From: Antedon mediterranea
Taxonomy: Eukaryota > Animalia > Echinodermata
Assembly (NCBI RefSeq): GCF_964355755.1
Contig: NC_092673.1
Location: 868,001-932,000 of the forward strand
DNA length: 64,000 nucleotides
Reading direction: 5' to 3'
Part shown: positions 1-11,500 of the stretch, piece by piece
Layout: the number at the start of each line of letters is the position of its first letter
Position numbering within the stretch: the first letter of the stretch is position 1
Notes under the pieces: model-generated
Told to the model about the DNA's origin: nothing
Database searches by the model: none
Seen by the model: the letters and a program-made list of their open reading frames with translations, nothing else
Position numbers and translations under genes: made by a program

Positions 1-376
1 AGAAAAATTAAGATTGAAAGTTGGTATTTTACAGAGAACTCAAAAGGATTTGAATGCACAAATTTTGTACTTAAATGGGTATGTACATTTTCTGGCAGAA
101 ATGCACAAAAATTCACAAGCACATGTCTACACAATTATCAGCAGTTTGGTAGAGAAAATAAAACTGTTAACAATACAGCAGGAACATTTTAAGATGGGGC
201 AGACATACCTATTTGATCAAAACACAATTCTGTTGAATGAAAAACAAATTCTGATGACGGAAAATGCAGATCTGAAGATTGAAAACACACTGCTAAGAAA
301 GGAATTGGAGAAACGAAAACAGGTTGCTGAAAATAATGAGGGTGAATCCTCTAAAAGAAAAAAATTGAACTTGTAA
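1..376 (+). CDS. 3' terminal exon (5'-partial) of a coiled-coil protein, paralog of the CARD-coiled-coil gene at 4158-5698
   Basis: Open frame from the window edge to TAA 374-376. The translation (..NTILLNEKQILMTENADLKIENTLLRKELEKRKQVAENNEGESSKRKKLNL*) aligns by eye with the 5175-5698 exon (..NVILMSENKNLMKENSTLKNKAKNRKRVSENSNESCCSQCKRNYILD*). AATAAA signals lie downstream (about 493 and 608-625). Confidence 0.7.
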   Translation, partial: EKLRLKVGILQRTQKDLNAQILYLNGYVHFLAEMHKNSQAHVYTIISSLVEKIKLLTIQQEHFKMGQTYLFDQNTILLNEKQILMTENADLKIENTLLRKELEKRKQVAENNEGESSKRKKLNL

Positions 377-919
377 CTTGTTTTGCTGGTAAGACTTTGC
401 ATTCACTCCACATAAATGGTCAATTGTGGGTTAAATGTGTGCAAGATTTTCTTAATCTACAACACAGGGGTGCTATTCACGAAATGTGCAAAATAAATGC
501 AATACAACATTCAGCCTATTTTTAAAAAAACAGACAACAGTAATTTTTTTTTAATCCTACATAGATCACAATGAATCAACAGAAGCTACAGTAATTAATT
601 CCTAAGCCAATAAAAATAAATAAATCTTTAGAAGTTTGCAGCAGGCTGCAACATAATTTATATATTTATGACATAAATATATTGTAAATAAAACTTATAT
701 ATTTAATATTAAATGTAAACTTAATTTTATTTTAAATGGTTATTAGTTATTACTCTCCATTCAGACATTTAAAAAAAAATTGAATTATTGACCACCAGAG
801 GGGGACAAATACGTACCATTTTAATATTGTATTTACTATGTAACAATTCAAACAATACCTTACAGGTAATAATTATTCACAAATTTTGTATTTAATGATT
901 TTCTAGAATAGGCTGATTA

Positions 920-1520
920 AAATCATTTGCATACATGTGTATATGAGTTTTTAAGGTATACCTTTGTGTACTACAATGATGCACATGTTTGGTATTGAAT
1001 GAGGTTTTCTACACTTATGTTTAGTGGTTAGCTCAAAGAAGTATTCATTTGCATACATGTGTATATGAGTTCTGTGCCTTTGTAGAACGATGCACATGTT
1101 TTGTATTTAATGGGGTTTAAACACTAAACGCAGGTTAATTACTGAATTATTCATTTGCATACATGTGTATATGAGTTCTGTGCCTTTGTAGAACGATGCA
1201 CATGTTTTGTATTTAATGGGGTTTAAACACTAAACGCAGGTTAATTACTGAATTATTCATTTGCATACATGTGTATATGAGTTCAAACAGCACCTTTGTG
1301 TACTACTGTAGAACGATGTTTTGTATTTAATGGGTTTTTAATAATAAACGCAGAAAATTATTCATTTGCATATATGTGCCTTCTAGAATGATGGAAAGCT
1401 TTTGTATACACTATATAAGTGGGTAATTACAGAAATTTACATACATGTGTACATGAGTTTAAACAGTCTCTTATTGTACTGGAATGATGCACATTTTGTT
1501 GTATTTCATGATGTTTTTAT
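920..1520. repeat. Degenerate ~106-bp tandem repeat (about 5 units, two near-identical)
   Basis: Recurrent TTCATTTGCATACATGTGTATATGAGTT...GATGCACATGTTTTGTATTTAATGGGGTTT at about 923, 1044, 1150, 1256 and 1361, with a decayed copy near 1436. Confidence 0.85.
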
Positions 1521-3440
1521 ACCACTGTATGTCAATGGCTACCAGATGTCTCTATGTAGATGTAATATAGGTGTAATTTATTATTCATTTCAACGTCACC
1601 ATGAATATAAAAAAAAGGATATAAACAGTTACAGATTTTTAGATTACACAATTTGTCCAGTATGTATTATGCCAATTGGTGTAAATTTGCTTTTTATTTT
1701 CTCTATGAAAAAAAATGGATGCAAGTTTGATGTGATATAAAGATATTTTTCTAATAAACTTTATATTTAATTTAATAAAATGGAATCGGATCTTTCTGTG
1801 AGTTTTTAGCACCATGTTTTTTTCAGTTATTATATTATTTTTGCATTTTTTTTTCTTCCCACAAAATGACAAATAATCTTAAAGGAAAAAAGCGTACAGG
1901 AAGTAAATGATAACCATGAGGCCATAATTTTTTAATTTTTTTTTCAGAATGAAATTTTATATATAACATAAATAGTAGTTTTTTTATATCCTTAAATGGG
2001 AGCTTCACCAAGAAAATGTCTATTTTCCATACATTTCAGTTATTAAAAGAAATTCTCTATCTTATTTCATATTGGCATGAAAATTACACCTATTCACTAC
2101 CTTGAGGATATCACCTTGCATACATTTCTTTAAAAACGAAAGTTACTATAATATCACTTATTATGGTATTAAAAAAAATTGCTTGCTAAAAAATCCCAAT
2201 TTATTTTTCCAGATCTTTCTACCATATTTTTATTTACAGTAGCTTACAAATTGTTGTACATGTACAATGTATTTTTGCAGTCAGGGTAGGCTCATCATTG
2301 TATCACAGCAAATAACCAATATTGGTTTATTTCTCCTTTTTCTGTATTTTGTATCAGGCTCGCGTGTCGAAATACAAAGATTTCTCTTCTTGATTAGAAT
2401 TTAAGTTCATTAATTAAATCTTGATTTTTTGTTTTTGGAGAAAAAAGACCATTTGATCATAAAGGGTCAATAGTGATGTACATTTTGTAATTAACTTCAT
2501 TGAAAGGGATTAACTTAACTTTGTATTATAAAGAAAATGTAAAAAAATAGTTGCATTTAATTGCTTAAAAGCTTCCCACTTGGATGTCACGCAAGAGCAA
2601 GTCAAGATATTTTACCAATCCGATGTTTCAACGCAGTATATGGCCGTATAATCACCTGTATTGTAAAATGAATATATGTTCTCATTTTTGCTTCATGTTC
2701 TTGTGGTATACCTGTACTAGTGTGAGAAGATAATGAAATATTTTAAAAAAATACCTATTTTTAGTTAATTTAGATAGAAAAATCATTAAAATGTTGAGTA
2801 TATTTTTGTAGCACCATGATAATGAAGATGCTGATGAATGCTGAAGAAGAGAATGCTAAAATTAACATCAATAAAGATAGGACTATAAAACAAGAACATA
2901 CTAGGATATGCAGAAACTAACATGTGATATGTCGTAAAGTTTATGTGCACTGAATATTCATGATGTCCAATTTTAAAGTTTTGTTTAAATGCAAGCATGT
3001 TACAATTGCTACAGCTTATACTTTATATTTATAACAAAATAAATAATAATATACTAATAACATATTATAGTTGATTTTCAAAAGTAAAACACCCCTATTG
3101 AAAATATACTATAATCTAATCCTATGCCCGACTAGCAATTTTATGCTTGCAGTTTGTTTATAAGTCTTCCACCTAGTTTGCACTACAGTAATATTTTAAT
3201 TCCACAATTTAAGAGCTGTTGAAATCAACTTTTAGTACAGTAAAATAATAAAAAAAAAAAAAAGAAAATGCCGGAATTGACAAAAATGACCATTGTATGG
3301 CACACGTACACCATGCTTTATTTATTCAAGCAATAGAGATATCTTAGTTTTAAATAGAGATACCTCTATTAATAAAGATATCTCAGTTTAAAACTAGATA
3401 TCTTTATTTCCGAACTAATGACAGCTTGGCGCACCATACC

Positions 3441-3454
3441 ATTGCTATGGCAAC
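3441..3454. promoter_or_regulatory. RFX X-box upstream of the CARD-coiled-coil gene
   Basis: ATTGCTATGGCAAC (reverse complement GTTGCCATAGCAAT), a 13/14 match to the X-box GTTGCCATAGCAAC, about 700 bp upstream of the ATG exon. Confidence 0.5.
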
Positions 3455-4157
3455 TGGGTCAGACGACATACTTACAGTAGCATGATACTATTAATAGGTT
3501 TTCTGGAAAACACCTTGATAATAGATAGCCATTTTAAGTTCAACACTATTGGTTTATTTTTGCTTATTATTAGCTGTCATTTTAGTACAATTTTCAGTTT
3601 AATAGTTAATGTAATTAGCATTCTTGTACTTCTCAATCAGTGCTGTATAACATACTACCAGTTATGATAGTATTCTGGGTGGTAATTTAACTACTTGTTG
3701 GATGATTCCTAGGCTACTACTAACTAGGCCACACGGGTTACAGTACTGACTGGGCTCTCCAGGGGCTGAGTGTGGTATTCTGAAAAGATAGGCTCATCAG
3801 GATTTGTTTTCATTAACATTATATATGAGGAATGGTGGTATATATGTAGGTATATATTTGATCCAATACTAAAAAGTTTGTTTCTTTAATTATTTAAATC
3901 AATATCATTAGTAGCGGATGGTTGAAAAATATGCCTCCTCTAGTGTAATATGGTTTAAAACCATTTAGAATGACAATTTTTATTGAATAATTCTGAAAAA
4001 TAATGCTGATGAAGACCATCTTTTAAGAAAGGGCTTGTTGTAGATTGTTAGGAAAGGAGGCGAGAGGGGGGAGGTGTATGAAACAGCTACAGTATATCCC
4101 TCCTTATCCCATCTAGAAGCTAACACACTGATGACACCTTTTTCCCCAGATTCAGTT

Positions 4158-5698
4158 ATGAACGACAAAGACAAAGAAACACTTAGGAGATGTAGAGTTC
4201 CGCTTTCCAGAGACCTGAAAATCTGTGAAATATGGGATGCCTTAGTTCAAGTTGGATTGTTTGAACCAACCGAACTTGAAATCCTAGAACGCAATGATGC
4301 ACCGATGACCCGTTTGATGGATGCCATTGAAAAAAAGGGTCCGCATGCTTTACAACAATTTAAAGATGCCTTGAAGCTTCTACCCTGCAAGCCTCATTTA
4401 CTTGAGCTTCTTGATTCAGTTAAGGGTAAGTCACACTGTAATCATCTGTAGTAAGGGTTTTGCACAGAAAAACCTTAATTTTAATGGGTAGGTTGGTGAA
4501 ATAGGATTATGATTATATTTTTATGAATTTATGTTTATTTTTTTGCAGAAAATAAATTTGAGAAAAACCTACCTGTGGATAGCTCTGAATTCAAAGTAAA
4601 GAAAGGTATGAAATATAGAAATATTTTTACAAGCACAAATTTCTGTTATTTTAATTCCAAGTACAGAAATATAATAAATAATCCGAGTTTACATCTTTCT
4701 CCCAGCTCTGTAAACTTTGTAGGCTATGGTAGTCAACTACATTTTTTACACAAGTTTTGAAATTGTATTCATAACCTAACTCGGCCTTAAGTAACTTTTT
4801 CTTTGCAATAAATGAAAAATTGTGACTGAGCCCTTGTATTATTTGTTAAATAATGAGAAGCATTTAGACATTTGGTGGCTTGGCAGTACAATATATCTGT
4901 TTGGTCTTTTTTGTATCGTATAACACCACTATTTATGTCTCTATTAACGAACACCTTAGTAGGCTTTTTTGGGCTCGAACGTAGAAGAGGAGGATCCACA
5001 AAAAAGCATGGTTTATTTGAATCACAAAAATAATTTGGGGAACATTTGTATGTCCAAACTTACATTACAATCATTCCTGAAGATGAACACATAAAGTTTG
5101 AATTATAGATAATAATCTGTTATCAAAATTTACGTACCCAATTTGTTTATAAAAAAAATGTTACACTTCACCAGAGCCAATGGATGAGCCTGATGCAGAA
5201 AGTCTACCAATATCAGACATGGCGATAATATCAAACCTTATGGAGACTATAACAGAACTGCTGAACAAATTAGAGAAGCGTGATATAGAATTGGAGGAAG
5301 AAAGGGCTTTTAAAGAAAACTTTCAGAAAGTAGTAGAAGATCTAAAAATTGAAGTTGATGTTTTAATGCAAAATCGGTCACATTTAACTAACCAAAATTT
5401 TCGTCTCACACAATGTGTAAATGTCCTAACCGATATGCAATTTTTTACCCAAAGAAACGATTCCGCAATATACAGAAATTTCATTGAAAAAATTCAATAC
5501 CAGACAGCACAATTAAATAATTTTCGAAATTTGCACACACAGCTATTCAAAGACAATGTAATTCTAATGAGTGAAAACAAAAATTTGATGAAAGAAAATT
5601 CAACACTTAAAAATAAAGCAAAGAACAGAAAAAGAGTTTCAGAAAATAGTAATGAAAGTTGCTGTTCGCAATGCAAGAGAAATTATATTTTGGATTAA
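4158..5698 (+). CDS. CARD (caspase-9-like) + coiled-coil protein, 3 coding exons, 282 aa, nested antisense in a CFAP46 intron
   Basis: Exons 4158-4425 (acceptor ttttccccag ending 4149; donor gtaag 4426), 4549-4605 (ttttgcag / gtatg) and 5175-5698 (cttcaccag; TAA). Both introns are phase 1 and join in frame. The N-terminus MNDKDKETLRRCRVPLSRDLKICEIWDALVQVGLF...IEKKGPHALQQFKDAL has the CARD pattern and resembles the caspase-9 prodomain as recalled (MDEADRRLLRRCRLRL..LWDALLSRELF...LETRGSQALPLF). The C-terminal exon is a heptad-rich coiled coil. AATAAA at about 5758. Confidence 0.8.
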
Positions 5699-5850
5699 AC
5701 TAATCTTTCTGTGGTTGTTTCACTCATTGAATCTGCATATAAGATGTGTGTTAAAAGAATAAACTATTTGATCATGTTCTTCAATCCAAATTATAGGCTT
5801 AAAGTTAGTTTAACTTATTTATTAATTTAAGTCTTCACTACATATTGTAG

Positions 5851-6026
5851 TATTTTCAAGTCCTTTAATGCAAAATCGGAAAGATTTGACTTACCAAAAT
5901 TGTCGTCTAAGACAGTATGTGAATGTTCTATACAAAATGCAAAAAAACTTAGCACAGAAGAAAGATAACACTATATTCATTGATTTAATTGAAAAAATTA
6001 AACAGCAGACAACACAATTAACGTAA
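5851..6026 (+). CDS. Duplicated coiled-coil segment; candidate alternative terminal exon (or pseudo-exon) of the CARD gene
   Basis: Acceptor catattgtag ends at 5850 in phase 1, matching the 4605 donor. The frame is open: (V)FSSPLMQNRKDLTYQNCRLRQYVNVLYKMQKNLAQKKDNTIFIDLIEKIKQQTTQLT*, homologous to 5361-5518. Confidence 0.45.
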
Positions 6027-6169
6027 CCTTTTCTGTTGTGTACCGCAATGGCCGGATCTACAAATTCCATGCCAGGACGGCAAATTAAAACAGTTTTAGT
6101 CTCGACTGATCGCAGCGTTGGAGTTTCAATTAATTACACATATACCTGGAACATAATGTATTTCGTAAA

Positions 6170-6240
6170 TCACAGTTGGCGCAGTGAGTAATCAATTGAT
6201 ATCAATGCTCAGTCCACTCGAGTTCGAATCCGCGAAATGT
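6170..6240 (+). mobile_element. tRNA-derived (Pol III A/B box) SINE-like fragment
   Basis: A-box TGGCGCAGTGA at about 6177 and B-box GTTCGAATCC at about 6222; no complete cloverleaf is evident. Confidence 0.4.
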
Positions 6241-6684
6241 GTAAATAATAAGTTGTTTTTTTTATTCGATTTATGTCCACTTTTTTTTTTATCTATAGGT
6301 AAATGTGACCCATTGCATACACATCACTATTTCTCAGCATAATTTAAGACAAGCTCCCACAAAAAACAAAATGTAAAATAATACACCACAACAAACACCC
6401 AAATATATAGTTTGGTTTCGTTATTACAATTTGTTTTTTAATCATTTGTCAGAGTACTTTTATCAGGGAAGATTGCACTTGTATTATACTTACTCCTCCC
6501 AATTAGTATATAACCACATATTAAGGCAGAAAATACTGTGCGGAGCACAGGTAACTGCTAGTGATTAATAATTTATGTTGGTGTTTTAATTGTAAAGTAA
6601 GTGCTATACTTATGAATTCTTTCTTTCTTGATTCATATTTTAATTACTTCTGTAGCTTTAAGGTATCCACTACAACAATATATA

Positions 6685-6770
6685 AATAATAAATCAGCTT
6701 TAGGGGTCTTTATAGACCTGAAACCTTTGATACAATCAACCATGTACTACCCTATTAGGAAGATCAAACC
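6685..6770 (+). mobile_element. Degraded CR1/L2-group LINE reverse transcriptase fragment
   Basis: KSALGVFIDL followed, after a frameshift, by FDTINHVL, matching the GVFIDLSKAFDTINH RT motif. Confidence 0.45.
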
Positions 6771-6902
6771 TAGGACCGAGGAATTACAAAAAATTCATAT
6801 GACTGAATTTGGAAACAAAGATAAAGTTTTGATGGTATAGATTTATCTACCTATGTGCAAAGAATCCTGTATTATCAGAAGAATGAGCAATCCACGGTTT
6901 CC

Positions 6903-7626
6903 AGTAATGTTTCCATGCAGTAGGGTGCGTCATATGTATAAGATGTACATATAACTTAACTAAGCCTGGACAAATTTAATTATTCGTTTTATGCAATTAA
7001 TTTAGTAAAACACTGCTAAATAGACAGTTCGTATCAATTACCAGGTGCGTTGTTGTTGATGATATTAAAAATGATAGTTTAACAATATTTAACTTGTTTC
7101 TGGTAAAAAAAATAAATTCTTAATGCGTCCTCCTCACACAATTGTATTTATTAATTTATGTTCTGTATTATATTGTATATTATATCCACTGAAACAGTAA
7201 TGTTTCCATGCAGTAGGGCGCATCATATGTATATAAGAATTATAACTTAACTAAGCCTGGACAACCAGTAGGTTTTACATGATAAAAAAACTACTACTAA
7301 AAAATCAACTACAGGCTAACATCATGCTATTTGGATATTTAATTGTTCGTTTTATGCAATTAATTTAGTAAAAAAAACTGCTAAATAGACAGTTCGTATC
7401 AATTACCAGGTGCGTTGTTGTTGATGATATTAAAAATGATAGTTTAACAATATTTCAATATTTAACTTGTTTCTGGTAGAAAAAATAAATAGTATTAATA
7501 AATTTAAGCTATTAATTTAAATTAAATATATATTAATTTATCTGGAGGACCAAACTAAAAGCTTAATGCGTCCTCCTCAAACAATTATATTTATTAATTT
7601 ATGTTCTGTATTATATTGTATATTAT
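6903..7626. repeat. Tandem segmental duplication (~290 bp, second copy with insertions)
   Basis: CAGTAATGTTTCCATGCAGTAGGG... at 6902 and 7195; CTGCTAAATAGACAGTTCGTATCAATTACCAGGTGCG.. and TAATGCGTCCTCCTCA.. are each present twice. Confidence 0.85.
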
Positions 7627-8566
7627 AAATCATTACTTGATTGTAGGTTAGTAGGCGGCAATGGCAAAGAATAGGTCATGCCAGGTAATGCTTGGTTGAT
7701 TTTTGTTGTTGCTCTTAAGCCTTTCTTTGTGCACTAATTTAGCATGGTAGTAACAAACTTTTTTTAAACTATGAGTTTAAAGGAAAAGGGAGAAAAATCA
7801 GAAAAACAAAGAAAAGAATAAGGAGAGTACAACTAACTGTAAATTTGAATAAATCCACTAATATAAAGTTTAGATATTATGGATTTAACTATGAGTTGTT
7901 CTAGAATATTCAGTTTGGTACCTTTCGAAATAATTAATTTTTTGTAGAAATTATAAATAATAAAATGAACACATGGTATTACTGAATATATGCATTTGGA
8001 TTAAAAACTGAAGAAGAAGTGTTTAAAAAAAAACCAGAAAGATTAAGAAAAGATTATGTAAACAAAATTAATTATAAAAGTGTAAAAAACAATTGTTAGA
8101 AATTAAGGAAAAATCAGAAATAAAAGAACATTTTATTTAAGGTAATCTCTCAATTCTAATTCTGAAATTTATTTATATAAGGGTTTTTGAGGGAAAAAAA
8201 AATTATGAATTTATTATGAAATTTAAAAGAATTTTGATTTAATTATATGTTTTTTGTTGTAGTTGAAATGAAACAAATAAAGCAAAAAAGAAGCAATATT
8301 TGTTATTGTTTATTGTGAATAAGTAACTATTACTTTATTGTGGTATTAATATGGAATTGTGTATAAAAATGCCGGTGTTAAGGTTAGGGTTAGGTGGTTT
8401 ATATAAGATAAACATTTTAATGACTGTACCACATCAATCTCTTTTTCAGTTTATTTTACTTTTCTTCCACACCTTATGGACATAAAGAAATAAAACAAGA
8501 GTATTTGAGCTCCTGTCATTACTGCATGGACCAATACGATTGCTAAAAGAAACATGTTAAACTTAC

Positions 8567-11500
8567 CATACTCCTTGTCTGATATGTAGCAGTTATACAA
8601 TCTAACAGAATGTAGAGTGGTTCCATAAGCAGTTCTCTTTCAATGACTTCACACACCAAAGGCAAACATGTATTCCAGTAGTGTCTAGCTGCACTGATTA
8701 CCAAGGCGTAATTGTCAGCCCGTCGCCCATACCTAATAATATGCATATACAAATCTTGTCAAATTTTCTTCAGTCAAATTAATTTAGAGGTATTGATAAA
8801 AATTGCAGTTCTCTATCAAATGAAAGAAAGTTTTGGCATGGATTTTAATAGTAAAGATTAGCTTGTATTAATCTTTATGATCGAAATAAGACCAATGAAT
8901 TAATTAATACAGTCATAAGGTGTATCGCAAATAGCTTGATTTTGCGAGGAACGTCATTGCACAATGCATGATGGGAAGGGTTTGAGAGCAATACCGTATA
9001 ATAAAAACTTGATATACTGGTGGTGGCGCCATTGATCCCAATTTCTTCACATCATGCACTTACCACTCTATTTACGATAACCTTATTAGCAGACCTACAG
9101 CTAAAGCCATTTCAAAAATAACTTTATTGGTCATTTCTTTTCTTTAACAACTAGTTGAAAGTGATTGAAAACTAATTAATCATTTGTACAAGTTGTGAAA
9201 ACCTCGCATTGCTTTCCTAAGAATCCATATATATTTTGACCAAGCAAAAACCTGAATCTCAATGCTACCTACCTTGCTGAATCCAAGAAGGCTTCTAAAG
9301 CAGATCGACGGACGCTATTCTTGCCATACATATTGTTGACGAGACTCTTACCATGAACACAGCTAGCAAAACTTAACATCTCTTGCCAAACCATGTACCT
9401 ATGTCTGTCGAGATCAAAGTTCATATGATGTATTGTTATAGAATAGATAATTAAAGAGAAGTTTATGACCCCCACCCCACCATTTGATGTTTACAATACT
9501 ACCATCTCAGTATTTGCATTACGTCTATATTCTATTTCTTTCAAAATCACAAACACATATCTTCATTAAGTTGCAATTATTCTAGTCAAGAGCAACAAAA
9601 ATACTAAAAAGCTCTGTATACAATTATCATGCATGTCAATGAGATTAAATGCCATTACAGGTATTTTATCAAATACATCTATTTTGAAAATAATTGAACC
9701 GAAAACTCTCCCAAAACCAGGATGATTGATGTCCAAAAGGTCCCAAATTTATTTTAAAAATTAAAAACACATTTTGAATACCATATTGTCCAGAAAATCA
9801 TATTAGGCCAGCCCAAAGGTGTCCAGTATTGGGAGAGTTGACATACATTTTACAATAAATGACGTACTTATCCAACTTTTTGACTTTGCTGGCAAACGTC
9901 TTGGCATCAAATTGTAAAGCTTTGCTTGTAGATTTTACCACCAGTGGATGATTGTTAGATTTGTATGCTAGCTCCGAGATTCGAACCCACACTTGTAATT
10001 CAACCAAATGCTCAGACCAGGTACACTGCTCCACCATTGTTGCAAGCTTAAAGTCAAGAATATGATACTTTTGAATTGCAGCTGATGGTACCTGAATTGT
10101 TTGAATGCACAAGCCAACTGAAAGCCAATTTACTGAGATGAGCGGTAACGGTAAGCAGAAAAAACGCGCAGCTTGTCCCACGTAGAGTATCTATCTACCC
10201 TGAGCAGAAACCGCCCGTACGTTCCACTTGTGTAAAATCATCATAAGGAATAACATAGATTCCATATTTTTATTACCGTTACCGCTAGTCTCTGTAAATT
10301 GGCCTTAACAATGAATATATTCAAAGTTACCTCAATTTTACAACAGCCTTTACTGTTAGGCTACAAAACTCTACAGTAATAACTTACCTCATTCAGGGGT
10401 GGTTGTTCTTTGAATTCTAATATACCATTACCACTTAAGGTATGCATTTCCAAAGCAACCAAACATCTGGTCATTGGTCGCTGTCCATTGTTGTTCCCCT
10501 ACAATATAAAGGAGAACAGAAAGTTGAGTACAACACTGTCCAACTAAAGGTATACATTTTTTCTTTTTAGAATTGGGTCACTACAATTGGCCACAGGTCA
10601 TTTTCAGTATATTAAATATTTCAAGTATGTGCTATTCTGACAGTGGTTCATAATATCAATATTTATTATTTATTGTCTTTTGTGCGACACACTAGCCTAT
10701 ATTTCCATGCATGGAGTAATTATTACTCCATGTTCCACTTCTCTGTTTTTGTTTTATTTTGTGTATTGTATCTGTTCTGATGGTCCTAAGATCAGCAATT
10801 GCTGGATGGATCACCCTTATTAAATATGGTTCAAATAAAAATAAAATAAAAGTAAGAATTAGTATCCATGTAACCTTTTGCAAACAAAATTTGTGCTGAA
10901 ATTCCATGTGTATAATTTGTACTTTATATTAAATTCTTATGCAATTTAATTGTTTGTAATTGGCAGCCATTTTTAATTTATGCAAGATATTTTGTTAAAG
11001 ACATTTCACCAGCAAAACAAACTTTAGGATGTGTTTGCTTCAAAGCTATCCTTCATCAATGTCCATAAAACTTCAATTTGTAAAGAAAAGGAAGAAGTGT
11101 TTAGAAAGTTTGTACACACACCTCATCGTCCGTTCCTAGCCCTTTGTTCATCTGTTGCAGTAGAAGTTGTTTGGTCAGCACCCATGTTGCTAAGAGATGA
11201 TGGCGAACACTTATGGGTACAACATCCAAGTGTTTATTACCACTGGTTACTTCAAGGCCATAATTACATACCTGCAATGTGAAGAGAAATGTTTTGAGAA
11301 TATTCAACAAAAAGACTTCGAAAAAAAATCACATTTAAAATCACAGTGCATAGACTTTGAAAAATGTTTTCATCTGGTTTTATATAATATCTGTATACAT
11401 TTCTTTATGTTAAACCATAACAAGATGCATATAGACTGTTGGACAAGAAACAATTTGTAAAAAAAAAACTGGGACTAAAATAAAAAACAAACTTTTCTGA

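Noticed and set aside
4074-4157. GTG-initiated N-terminal extension of the CARD ORF
   Set aside because: Mostly upstream of a strong acceptor (4149); the ATG at 4158 aligns with the CARD start.
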